Assembly: GCA_029259175.1 (NCBI GenBank)
Contig: JAPDJH010000001.1
Span: forward strand, 32,001 to 96,000
DNA length: 64,000 nucleotides
From: Hadesarchaea archaeon
GTDB lineage: Archaea > Hadarchaeota > Hadarchaeia > Hadarchaeales > Hadarchaeaceae
Direction of reading: 5' to 3'
Shown here: in pieces, positions 19,666-28,366 of the stretch
Layout: the number at the start of each line of letters is the position of its first letter
Position numbering within the stretch: the first letter of the stretch is position 1
Translations under genes and position numbers: made by a program
Notes under the pieces: model-generated
The model's database searches: none
What the model was told of the DNA's origin: nothing
The model's input: the letters and a program-made list of their open reading frames with translations, nothing else

Positions 19666-20454
19666 TCACAGCCGTTTAACGGCCTTCACAAAATCGCCAA
19701 ACTTTTTCACCAGTGACTCGATCGCAAGCAGCACTATCTGATCCGGAGGCAAACCCCCCGTTGACTCCACCTTAAACACAAACTTCGACGGGTCTCCCGA
19801 GACCTCGATGGCCTCCGTGGGGCACGCTTCCACGCACGCCTTGCAGAGAGTGCATGAAAGCACATCCTCAACCTTGAGCTCCTTGTTCTCCAGCTTGAGC
19901 ACCCCTCTGGGACACGCCTCCACGCACTTTCCACACGCGGTGCATTTTTGTTCGTCGATTTTGATAACGGGCATGTATTTGTATCCCACCGCCGCCGTCT
20001 GCCACTTAGCGTGCTCCTTCCCGCGGCCAAGCCTGGCAATGGCCACGAGCTCTAACTTCTGACCATCGAGCAACCGCAGAATGGGGATGGAGGGGCTTAT
20101 GGGCTTGACCTGCTCATCCGAGGATTTCAAATCACCGCTGAGCACCGTTGCCGGCCCCTCAGCTTTCAAGGTCAGCTCAACCGAACACTTCGGACATCGC
20201 CCAGTACCGCACTTGCACTCATCGGGAAACACGTAGCCGCGGAGCGGAGTCTTAAGGGGGATCATGGCGAGCCGGTGCGCGAGCACCTCGTCGTACATCG
20301 CTGAGTCGTTGCGCACGAACTCCACTTCATCGATCGCCATCACCGGAACTTCCTCGAGCATCGCCCGGCGCAGAGTGTTGGCCAAGGCCGGCGTCGCATC
20401 AGAAAGGATGAAATGCAACTCGGCCCCATCGTGTTTGATCAGTTCAACTTCCAT
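19666..20454 (-). CDS. rpoD: RNA polymerase subunit Rpo3 (D) with ferredoxin-like domain
   Basis: ANTLRR, LAHRLAMIP, HAKW and two CxxCxxCxxxCP motifs. Confidence 0.96.
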   Translation of the reverse strand: MEVELIKHDGAELHFILSDATPALANTLRRAMLEEVPVMAIDEVEFVRNDSAMYDEVLAHRLAMIPLKTPLRGYVFPDECKCGTGRCPKCSVELTLKAEGPATVLSGDLKSSDEQVKPISPSIPILRLLDGQKLELVAIARLGRGKEHAKWQTAAVGYKYMPVIKIDEQKCTACGKCVEACPRGVLKLENKELKVEDVLSCTLCKACVEACPTEAIEVSGDPSKFVFKVESTGGLPPDQIVLLAIESLVKKFGDFVKAVKRL

Positions 20455-20500
20455 CTTATCCGAACTCCTACACGTCGAAGGATTTAAAACCCTTCACCTC

Positions 20501-20911
20501 TTAGACACGTCTCCCGCGCCTGCCTCCCGGCTTGCGGGTCCCATCATGTGGAATGGGAGTGACGTCCTCGATACGCCCTATGCGCAATCCGGCTCGAGCA
20601 AGCGCTCTAATGGCAGCTTGCGCTCCCGGACCAGGGATCTTGGGACCATGACCTCCCGGAGCGCGCACCTTGATATGAACTCCCTCGATACCTTTATCCA
20701 TAGCCTCCTGAGCAGCTCTAAACGCCGCTTGCATCGCCGCGTAGGGGGAGGACTCCTCGCGATCGGCTTTCACGATCATCCCACCCGACGCGCGAGCAAT
20801 AGTCTCTGCCCCGGTGAGATCGGTTATGTGCACGATGGTGTTATTAAACGAGGAATAGATGTGTGCCACGCCCCACTTTTCCCTTCGCTCCTGACCTTCC
20901 GGCATGGTCAC
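20501..20911 (-). CDS. rps11: 30S ribosomal protein S11
   Basis: [17 protein letters not shown] and DVTPIPHDG motifs. Confidence 0.97.
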   Translation of the reverse strand: MTMPEGQERREKWGVAHIYSSFNNTIVHITDLTGAETIARASGGMIVKADREESSPYAAMQAAFRAAQEAMDKGIEGVHIKVRAPGGHGPKIPGPGAQAAIRALARAGLRIGRIEDVTPIPHDGTRKPGGRRGRRV

Positions 20912-21465
20912 TCACTCGCAGTAGCGGCTTCCGTTTCGGCCGTTTCTCCGGCCTGCGCTTCGCTCACTTCTGTGACCTGTGCTGGTTTTGCCTCCCCTCT
21001 GGAAGGAAGCGACACCTCGATGAGCCCCTCCTCGCTCACCGGCACCATGTAGGTGGGCGACCTAACCCGCCGATTACCAATTTGCACGTGCCCATGAACT
21101 ATCAATTGCCTAGCATGCCTTGGGGTTCTCGCCAAACCCTTCTGGTACACCACCCATTGCAGAAAACGCTCGATCACTTTTTCCACAGTCAAGCTCAAGA
21201 CGTCGTCGAGGGTGGGATTCTCTCCCACCAAGCCGAACTTTTGTAGCCGCTCAAAGAGCTGTCGAGTCTCGAGTTCCGCCTGCTTTCCGGTCTTGGTGAG
21301 CAACAAGCGCGCTTGGGTTCTAAACGTGCGTAGGATGGTTTGGGCCTTCCAAATCTCGCGCTTCCGTCTGAGCCCGTACTTCCGGAGAAGCTGGTCCTCA
21401 TAGTCCATGCGTTCTTTTTCCCAGGGATGGCGAGGGGTTGTGTACTTCCTGCGCTGTCTCCTCAT
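20908..21465 (-). CDS. rps4: 30S ribosomal protein S4
   Basis: [18 protein letters not shown] and ARQLIVHGH motifs. Confidence 0.96.
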   Translation of the reverse strand: MRRQRRKYTTPRHPWEKERMDYEDQLLRKYGLRRKREIWKAQTILRTFRTQARLLLTKTGKQAELETRQLFERLQKFGLVGENPTLDDVLSLTVEKVIERFLQWVVYQKGLARTPRHARQLIVHGHVQIGNRRVRSPTYMVPVSEEGLIEVSLPSRGEAKPAQVTEVSEAQAGETAETEAATASE

Positions 21466-21950
21466 TTCTTCTTCTCCTCCTTCTTCTCACCCGATGGCTG
21501 TCCCTCTTTCTTCCTGCTAACACCAACCGTCATCCCCTTTCTGCCGGTGGTTCTCGTGCGCTGCCCCCTAACCGGCAGCCCCAGTTCGTGTCGTATACCC
21601 CTTCTGCTCCGAATCCTGCGCTCCCTACCAATATCCGCCCTAACCGTGAGATCGATATCCATCTCCAACAGGTGCAGATCTTTCCCCGTAACGAAATCTT
21701 TGCGTCGGTTTAGAATCCAGCTCGGAATCCCGTGTTCAAGCGGATTTTTGAGCACCTGCTCCAGCTTGGCGATTTCCTCGTCGCTCAGCGCCCCCAGTCT
21801 TCTGAACGGATCCACCCCTGCCGCATACGCCACGGCCCGCGCAAAGCTGAAGCTCACTCCCTTAATCTGACACAGTGCTCTGTGAACCGCCTTTGTCCCG
21901 TCCAGGTCCTTCCCGACCAGACGAACCACGTGCTTGATTTCTTCCGCCAT
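21462..21950 (-). CDS. rps13: 30S ribosomal protein S13
   Basis: DLDGTK, WILNRRKD and GLPVRGQRTRT motifs; start moved to ATG 21950. Confidence 0.96.
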   Translation of the reverse strand: MAEEIKHVVRLVGKDLDGTKAVHRALCQIKGVSFSFARAVAYAAGVDPFRRLGALSDEEIAKLEQVLKNPLEHGIPSWILNRRKDFVTGKDLHLLEMDIDLTVRADIGRERRIRSRRGIRHELGLPVRGQRTRTTGRKGMTVGVSRKKEGQPSGEKKEEKKK

Positions 21951-22239
21951 GTTCCAACCTCTCATAGATTTCTTTGTCGGATTTAAAAAGGTGAGCAAGC
22001 GCTGGGGAGGGGAGCGTGGCTTGAGGTCAAAAGGCCCCGGCCGACTACGAAGAACCGGGTTTTTCGTAAATTATCTGTGGAGCCGTCGGTGGGATTATAG
22101 GGCGCAGGTCAAACTTTGAGGGCTCAAGTTAAACGGCGCGAGATCCGAATCAGGCACTATCTATGGGAACTGTGAGTGTTTATTCTCTCATTGGCAAAAC
22201 AACAAAAAAGATTTAATATGCCGGTGCTCTAGTTAGATT

Positions 22240-22290
22240 GACCTGTCGGGGTGTCTACCTATCTAGGATAGGTCCCCCGGCCGGGATGAT
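22240..22290 (+). ncRNA. Candidate small hairpin ncRNA convergent with the DUF3800-like gene
   Basis: A-rich BRE plus TTTAATAT at 22212-22219, then nested stems CCTG/CGGG, TCGGGG/CCCCGG and ACCTATC-TAG-GATAGGT; no credible ORF. Confidence 0.5.
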
Positions 22291-22301
22291 AACCTCGCTT
22301 T

Positions 22302-22871
22302 CTAGAAGTGTTGCAGAATGTTTTCTAGCTCATGCCGGTCGATTTCGATGGCTGGTAATTTACCCAATCTCGCAAGCTTTGCCACAATATCTGCCAACCC
22401 GATACTTTCATTGTAGGAAGTGCCGATTTCTACGCTTGGATTTTCTCTCCTCAACTTGCGCAAAAGAAATGACACAGATGAACACAGAAATCTCATTTTG
22501 TTATAGTCGTAGTCCTTGTCGATAAGCACCACGTCTTCATTCCGAAGCTCGAGATTTTTCAACGTGAGAAAGATAACGGATGCCAGTAACCTAGCTTCTG
22601 GATCACGGAAGTACCTGAAATTCTTGAGGCATGAACCGTACACAGGAGACCTCAACACTGCTACCGAAAAAACGATACCGCGCTTTAGCGTTTCGATTTC
22701 CTTTTGGTTCAGGTACTTGCCATCGAGCCTCCTTCTCCTCAGCACGATGGGGAGCCTCTTTCCAACACTTTTCTTAAGCTCTTCCAGCAGCCCTCCCCGC
22801 ATTTGCTTAACAGCCGCGACCCACATAGGCAACTGATTTAGCTTACCTGAGGTGTCGATTCCAATTATCAT
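22302..22871 (-). CDS. DUF3800-like RNase H-fold protein
   Basis: N-terminal IGIDTSG (cf. IDESG), central VLID and C-terminal IGLADIVA (cf. QxAD); ATG 22871 preceded by GAGG. Confidence 0.65.
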   Translation of the reverse strand: MIIGIDTSGKLNQLPMWVAAVKQMRGGLLEELKKSVGKRLPIVLRRRRLDGKYLNQKEIETLKRGIVFSVAVLRSPVYGSCLKNFRYFRDPEARLLASVIFLTLKNLELRNEDVVLIDKDYDYNKMRFLCSSVSFLLRKLRRENPSVEIGTSYNESIGLADIVAKLARLGKLPAIEIDRHELENILQHF

Positions 22872-23067
22872 CCTCGTCCTGTAGTTGTTCTCATGAGCTC
22901 CTTTAACTGTGAATTTTGGCAGGGATTCCATCAAAACTGGAACCGCCGGTGGGACAGCGAGTTGAAGGGCTTTTGACTTCAAGCGCTGGGGAGCTGGCAA
23001 AATTATGGCAAAAGACCTTGGGTCGCGAAGAGCATCTTTTTATTGAACAGAGCAGAAAATTAACCGT

Positions 23068-23310
23068 ATGAAAAGATTGTCGTATCGGGTCATACTCAGA
23101 AAGGAGCCGGAGGGCGGCTATACCGTGATTGTTCCTTCCTTACCTGGATGTGTTACGTATGGAAGTACTAAGAAGGAGGCTATAAAGATGGCGGAGGAAG
23201 CCATCGAGCTGTATTTGGAAAGCCTGCAGGAACACGGTGAGGAGATCCCAACCGAAGAACGCATCTTGGAGCACACCGTGACCGTGAAAGCACCTGAAGT
23301 TCATGCCTAA
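23068..23310 (+). CDS. hicB: HicB family antitoxin
   Basis: EGGYTVIVPSLPGCVTYGxTxxEA...EAIELYLE. Confidence 0.92.
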   Translation: MKRLSYRVILRKEPEGGYTVIVPSLPGCVTYGSTKKEAIKMAEEAIELYLESLQEHGEEIPTEERILEHTVTVKAPEVHA

Positions 23311-23527
23311 GCTTCCAGTTCTCACGCCAGAAAAAGTCATCAAAGTGCTAAAAAGAAAGGGATTCGTTTTGGACAGGATCAAAGGGAGCCACCACTTATA
23401 TTATCATCCAGAAACCAAGCGAAGGGTTGTTGTTCCACTTCATAAAAAGGATCTACCGAAGGGGACCTTGCTCGAAATTTTGAGACAAGCCGGCATAAGT
23501 AAAGAAGAGCTAAGAGAACTGCTGTAA
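23303..23527 (+). CDS. hicA: HicA family mRNA interferase toxin
   Basis: GF...KGSH, VPLH, GTLxxIL motifs. Confidence 0.93.
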   Translation: MPKLPVLTPEKVIKVLKRKGFVLDRIKGSHHLYYHPETKRRVVVPLHKKDLPKGTLLEILRQAGISKEELRELL

Positions 23528-23649
23528 TCCACCCGCGTGCAGTGTATGGCATGGTATTCAGAAATCTTTCCAAAAACACGAAAGAACACTTTCAAAACAC
23601 AACGAGCGCCGGGGAGGGGATTTTGGCACCTTTTTACTGGTAAAAACTC

Positions 23650-25062
23650 TCAATTACTTTTTTTGATAAGAACCACTACGCCAATTGCTATCACGACAAC
23701 AGCAATAGTGGCGATGACCCACAAAATTGGGAACTGGGAAACCTCGGTGAGCTTGACGGTTGCCTCGCCACCTGTTGAGCTGATAGAAGTACTCCCCATG
23801 TATCTCCCATCTGAAGTTTTGAAGTAAATTGTCCGTCCACCAAAGTCGGAGTTCTCTAATTCTATTTTGCCTTCATCATTGGTAGTACCAAGATAATTAG
23901 TGATCTGGTCGCTGGAGTAACCATAATAAATCTCGGCGTTAGCAAGGGGGGTTCCATCTATTTTGTTAAAAGTCAAAACAGCAAAGAGGAGGGTGCAAAA
24001 CGAATTGTCGCTGCTCTCTGAGTATTTGTTGCCTTCTCCTGCAAAGGACGCAGAAATAATTACGGGATCCGGAGAATAAATTTCTGGAGCAGTGAAAATA
24101 GCAGAAATTTGTCCTGCAGAATTCGTTTCGTGGTATAGTGGACTGATGGTGCCTGAACTTGCATGCCAACTAACGGTTTTATTTGCGAGAGGTTTTCCAT
24201 CAAAGGTAAGCGTGGCTGTCAAAACCATGTTTTCCTTGGGCAATAAGCGAAAGTCTCTTTGTGAAATACTCAGGGCGGTGGGGGGCACGATAATATGGAT
24301 TTTAGCATAATGTGCCCCGTCTCTGGTCACGATACAGTAAGTGTGCCCTATAACAGCGGGCGTGTCCAGACAATTGTAGAATTCATATAGTCCGACACCC
24401 AAAGAAGCATCTGGGGCCTCGGCAACGCTCTCCATGGGAACCGCGCCCATGTCGTGAATTCCCCCAGAGCCATTATTTGCCAAGAAAGAGTATGGGCAAT
24501 CTTCAGAATCGGAAAAATACAGGTCGGCTACTACGCCGGTCCTTGTGGCCGTGGAGAAAATGAATCCCCGGGGAAAGGGGTCAATGGAGTATAAAATGGT
24601 GGTCCCACTTGGCAGGTTGTCAGAGTAGAGGTCGGTTGTTCCGTTCGGTTGATAGACCCAGTTAAAAGCAACCCATTTTCGCCCATGGAGGATCAAATCC
24701 GGAACCTCTACCGTGCTCCCAGGAGGGGCTTCCGACGACCAAATAGTATACTGATCCCCACTGTAATCCTCCTTGGATGCTATGACCGAATAAAAATCGT
24801 TGCCAGAGAGAGGGGGCACGTTATCCATCATGTAAGATCCATCGACAGCGGTTGTCGTGCTCGCTACTACATTCCAAGATTGTCCATTAAGCCAGACTTC
24901 GATAGTTATCCCGCTGTGATCAGTTGCTTCCTCTAACATTGCTTTTCCCCTGATTGTTATGGTAGATTCTGACGCAACAACCGGAAAAGGCGTGGAGAGT
25001 AAGATCAGTAGTAGTGTGGCTGAGCTGATAACAACAAAAATTGAAGTCTTACTCTTACTCAT
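23650..25062 (-). CDS. Cell-surface protein (signal peptide, carboxypeptidase-regulatory/Ig-like domains, C-terminal TM anchor)
   Basis: N-terminal signal, TTTAVDGSY and TNSAGQ Ig-like motifs, C-terminal hydrophobic helix followed by KK; visibly AT-richer than neighbours. Confidence 0.75.
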   Translation of the reverse strand: MSKSKTSIFVVISSATLLLILLSTPFPVVASESTITIRGKAMLEEATDHSGITIEVWLNGQSWNVVASTTTAVDGSYMMDNVPPLSGNDFYSVIASKEDYSGDQYTIWSSEAPPGSTVEVPDLILHGRKWVAFNWVYQPNGTTDLYSDNLPSGTTILYSIDPFPRGFIFSTATRTGVVADLYFSDSEDCPYSFLANNGSGGIHDMGAVPMESVAEAPDASLGVGLYEFYNCLDTPAVIGHTYCIVTRDGAHYAKIHIIVPPTALSISQRDFRLLPKENMVLTATLTFDGKPLANKTVSWHASSGTISPLYHETNSAGQISAIFTAPEIYSPDPVIISASFAGEGNKYSESSDNSFCTLLFAVLTFNKIDGTPLANAEIYYGYSSDQITNYLGTTNDEGKIELENSDFGGRTIYFKTSDGRYMGSTSISSTGGEATVKLTEVSQFPILWVIATIAVVVIAIGVVVLIKKSN

Positions 25063-25194
25063 TTCATCCCACCTTCCTTCATCAAGTCACGTATTATAAT
25101 GATTTCGTTTCGGAGCCCACCGGCAACCCTCGAAAAGCTCACATCACATTTTTGACGGCAGATACCGCCGTCTGATGAGAAGTTGACTTTATGA

Positions 25195-25279
25195 CGCCGG
25201 GGAGGGGATTTGAACCCCTGAGGCCCAAAGGGCCACGAGCTCTCCAGGCTCGCGCGCTACCTGGCTACGCCACCCCGGC
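25195..25279 (-). tRNA. tRNA-Ser(GGA)
   Basis: Reverse complement GCCGGGGTGGCGTAG...CGAGC-CT-GGA-GA-GCTCG, long variable arm, GTTCAAATCC; CCA not encoded. Confidence 0.95.
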
Positions 25280-25373
25280 CATCCAATACTTAACCCCAAT
25301 GCTTCTTTTGAGTTTTTGTGAAACACAACGCTAAAAAGGGTCTTCACATGAGTTAGAAAGGTGAGGTGAGCGG

Positions 25374-25607
25374 GTGAGACGAGCAAGCAAGCTCTTGGGG
25401 ATGCGCATTTACAGCGATCGCGGGAAGTACATAGGAGCGATTGAAGACGTCGTGATCGAGGACCGCGAAGGCGTGGTGGTGGGCCTTGTCTTCGGGAAGA
25501 AAGCAGGACGAGCACTCACCATTCCCTATAAGAGCATAATGGCGATCGGAGACATCGTGTTGGTGTACTCCAAGCGAGAAGAAGAAACGGGCGGTGTGCC
25601 CTCGTGA
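25374..25607 (+). CDS. PRC-barrel domain protein
   Basis: LxGMxIYxxxGKYIGxIxDV...IPYxxIxAIGDIVLV. Confidence 0.88.
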   Translation: MRRASKLLGMRIYSDRGKYIGAIEDVVIEDREGVVVGLVFGKKAGRALTIPYKSIMAIGDIVLVYSKREEETGGVPS

Positions 25608-26125
25608 TCCAGGAGTTCGGCAAGAAAAAACCCAGAATCCACCCCACTGCAATGATTCATCCATCAGCAGTTATCATTGGAGATGTGGAAATAGGAGCGC
25701 ACTCGAGTGTATGGCCCGGGGCGGTGCTACGGGGTGATTTCGGCAAAATCACGATCGGACGCTACACCTGCATTCAGGACAACGCGGTCGTGCACGTCGG
25801 CGATATCTACGATGGAAAACCGCGTTACGCTTCGGTCAAAATCGGGGACTATGTGATAGTCGGCCACCAGGCGCTGATTCACGGAGCCACCATCGAGAAC
25901 CAGACTGTTATCGGCGGAGGCGCAACTGTGTTCAATCGTGCGCGCGTCAGACGGGGAGCGATCGTGGGTTTGGGAGCTGTGGTGCTAAGAGACGCCGAGA
26001 TCCCGCCAAAAACCATCGTAGTCGGTGTTCCTGCCAGACCGTTGCGTGCCCTCACTCCCCAGGAATACAAGAACATTAAAACCCAAGCGCTGAACTACGC
26101 AAGGCTGGCTGAGCGCTATCGCTGA
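25604..26125 (+). CDS. Gamma carbonic anhydrase family protein
   Basis: Hexapeptide repeats, LRGD, IQDNxxxH and GHxAxxHG metal ligands. Confidence 0.9.
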   Translation: MIQEFGKKKPRIHPTAMIHPSAVIIGDVEIGAHSSVWPGAVLRGDFGKITIGRYTCIQDNAVVHVGDIYDGKPRYASVKIGDYVIVGHQALIHGATIENQTVIGGGATVFNRARVRRGAIVGLGAVVLRDAEIPPKTIVVGVPARPLRALTPQEYKNIKTQALNYARLAERYR

Positions 26126-26634
26126 CGCTTCTTCAGCTTCCGCAAGCCCACGTCCAGGAGGAGGTCGATATCCGAGGGTAGGAACTCGCACAACGCCTCC
26201 CCGTGGTTCCGCATGATCTCCAATTTTTGCCTGGGGTACTTGATCGAGTACATCACTCGACAGCGATCGGAATACCTGGAGAATTGGACGCCCAGCACGC
26301 CCAAAAACAATCTGACAGGGGCGGAGCCACTCGTGTAGTTGAATATCACCTCGTGCTCAAAAATATCCACAGCTTTGAGCAACTCAAGCAAACAATCTCT
26401 AATCGACTTGGGGTTGAACACGTCGCACTGTTTGAAGATCACTCGCGTGCGTGTTTTCCTCGCTTCTTCCACTATCAGGTCCCGGTTTTTCTTCTCGAAG
26501 GAGGGATGAACATAATTTAGCTGATACTCAGAACACACGATGTAGGCGACATCGGGCTTGAGCTTGCGGATCGAAAGAAGTACTGGAATTGGGACCTCTC
26601 CCAGCCCTTGAATGAGGACGCGCATCACATTCAT
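26116..26634 (-). CDS. Stand-alone CARF-like Rossmann-fold protein
   Basis: LIQGLGEVPIPV, KPDVAYIVCS and VIFNYTSGS resemble CARF motifs I and II. Confidence 0.55.
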   Translation of the reverse strand: MNVMRVLIQGLGEVPIPVLLSIRKLKPDVAYIVCSEYQLNYVHPSFEKKNRDLIVEEARKTRTRVIFKQCDVFNPKSIRDCLLELLKAVDIFEHEVIFNYTSGSAPVRLFLGVLGVQFSRYSDRCRVMYSIKYPRQKLEIMRNHGEALCEFLPSDIDLLLDVGLRKLKKRQR

Positions 26635-26655
26635 TTCGACGACATCTGATAAAAA

Positions 26656-27723
26656 CTACTCGAGCGGAATGTAGGTCGTCTCCAGACGATCAAACGTTGG
26701 GTACTCCTCCACAAGCGCGAATCGAAGTGAGGGCTCAAGCTTGCTCAGCTTCTCAGCCAGCCGCCAGTGGATCTCCAGCCGCCGTTTCTGGAAATCCACA
26801 TAAACGTCCTTCGGAGAAAGAGAGTACCTGCGGATAAGCCGTTGCCTCGTTGACCTCAGCTGGCTTAAGGACAAACCCTCAATCACTCCCTTGAAGAGAA
26901 GACCCTCCTCGGTTATCTCTTCGTGCGGCTTGGCGATGTGGAGCGCCTTTCGGATCAAACGGTTTTTCAGCTGTACGGCGTCCTTCAAACGGCTTGGGCA
27001 GTAGTGGACGCTCATGTCCACATGTGTGCTGGCCCATTCTAATACTCGCTTCGCCGTTCGCTCACTGCCCCGCACGGCCATCGAGGTCTCGGATTTCAGC
27101 TGAAATCCTCTCTCCAGCAAAGCACGAGCATTCGTTTCCGAGAACTCGAGCTCGTTCAGATTTGCAAAACGGCAACCAATCGAATCGAGACGTCCGAGAT
27201 ACTCAATCAACCGCTTCTCCGTCTTCGGTATCGCCGGCAGCTCCACGCCCGCATTCAATCCAGCTTTCAGTGCTCTCTCGACCGGCTCGATAGTCCACGT
27301 GTGGAAGCGAATTTCGTCTAGGCCCGCCCGTCTGAGTGCCTCGAGCTTTGACATCGGAAGATCAGCACAGCAATAGAGATGCACATGGTGCTCGCGCCCG
27401 AATTCCTTTTTCAGCAACTTAATAAATCTCAACAAGCGGCGAAAACGGAGTGTTGGGCTTCCACCAGTCAGACCGGTTCCTAGAGCGTTCATCTCGCGTG
27501 CCTCCCTGAGCACGTCAGCCCACCGCCTCACAGGACGCTCGTTTGCGTAGACTACATCTTTGTTTTTGCGTTTTTCCGACAAAGGACAGTAAAAACACCC
27601 GCGATCACATAATCCGGTAACGAACAAAACGAGCTTTGCTCCCTTAACGCACAACCGGCATCCGTGCGGCATCTCCCCCACCAACAGTGACCCCGCCTTC
27701 GTCTGTCGGATTTTCCTAGCCAT
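26656..27723 (-). CDS. Radical SAM protein (conserved archaeal family)
   Basis: KLVLFVTGLCDRGCFYCP (CxxxCxxC), DEIRFH, NLNELE. Confidence 0.9.
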   Translation of the reverse strand: MARKIRQTKAGSLLVGEMPHGCRLCVKGAKLVLFVTGLCDRGCFYCPLSEKRKNKDVVYANERPVRRWADVLREAREMNALGTGLTGGSPTLRFRRLLRFIKLLKKEFGREHHVHLYCCADLPMSKLEALRRAGLDEIRFHTWTIEPVERALKAGLNAGVELPAIPKTEKRLIEYLGRLDSIGCRFANLNELEFSETNARALLERGFQLKSETSMAVRGSERTAKRVLEWASTHVDMSVHYCPSRLKDAVQLKNRLIRKALHIAKPHEEITEEGLLFKGVIEGLSLSQLRSTRQRLIRRYSLSPKDVYVDFQKRRLEIHWRLAEKLSKLEPSLRFALVEEYPTFDRLETTYIPLE

Positions 27724-27740
27724 CGAGCACGCCCCACCCC

Positions 27741-27748
27741 TTTATAAA
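27741..27748. promoter_or_regulatory. TATA box between the divergent radical SAM and tbp genes
   Basis: Palindromic TTTATAAA in a short divergent intergenic region. Confidence 0.55.
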
Positions 27749-27781
27749 CCCCCCTGCTCATTTACCTTTAGGTTGGAGGGT

Positions 27782-28321
27782 ATGGCCAAGGTGAAAATCG
27801 AGATTCAAAACATCGTTCTCTCCGTGACCTATCCCAATACAGAATTCGACCTCGAAAAACTGGCACGTTCGCTTGAGGGGGCACGATACGATCCGGAGGT
27901 CTTTCCAGGTATCGCCTACAAATCTGAGGATCCGCCAGCGTCATTCCTCATCTTCGCTTCCGGAAAGATGAACTGTGTGGGTGCGAAGGGAATGCGCGAT
28001 GCAAAACAAGCGATCGCCAAGCTCACCAGAAAACTGAAGCGGATAGGCGCCAAAATTCGTGGGCCTCCAAAAGTTCAGGTCCAAAACATTGTGGCGTCCT
28101 TTGACTTCTTCCGGGAGTTCGATCTGGAGCGCATAGCTCGCAGCTTCGAGAACACCGAATACGAACCCGAGGTGTTTCCCGGACTCGTGTTCCGACTGGA
28201 GGACCCCAAAGTGGTGGTTCTCCTGTTCGTTTCTGGTAAAGGGGTGTGCGCCGGCGCAAAAAGTATGAAAGAAATCCGAAGGGCCGCCGACACCGTTCTA
28301 AAGCTACTCAAAGACTACTGA
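27782..28321 (+). CDS. tbp: TATA-box binding protein
   Basis: Two repeats IQNIV...YDPEVFPG...LIFxSGK. Confidence 0.96.
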   Translation: MAKVKIEIQNIVLSVTYPNTEFDLEKLARSLEGARYDPEVFPGIAYKSEDPPASFLIFASGKMNCVGAKGMRDAKQAIAKLTRKLKRIGAKIRGPPKVQVQNIVASFDFFREFDLERIARSFENTEYEPEVFPGLVFRLEDPKVVVLLFVSGKGVCAGAKSMKEIRRAADTVLKLLKDY

Positions 28322-28366
28322 AGCCCTTCCATTTTCTTTTTTACTTCACAGGTGCTTCTAAATCTG

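Noticed and set aside
19666-20454. Two [4Fe-4S] motifs in Rpo3
   Set aside because: An established feature of Rpo3 in several archaeal lineages; not novel
25150-25182. Hairpin GACGGC/GCCGTC followed by TGATGA near tRNA-Ser
   Set aside because: No matching downstream box D or GAAA core is visible; more simply a trailer hairpin
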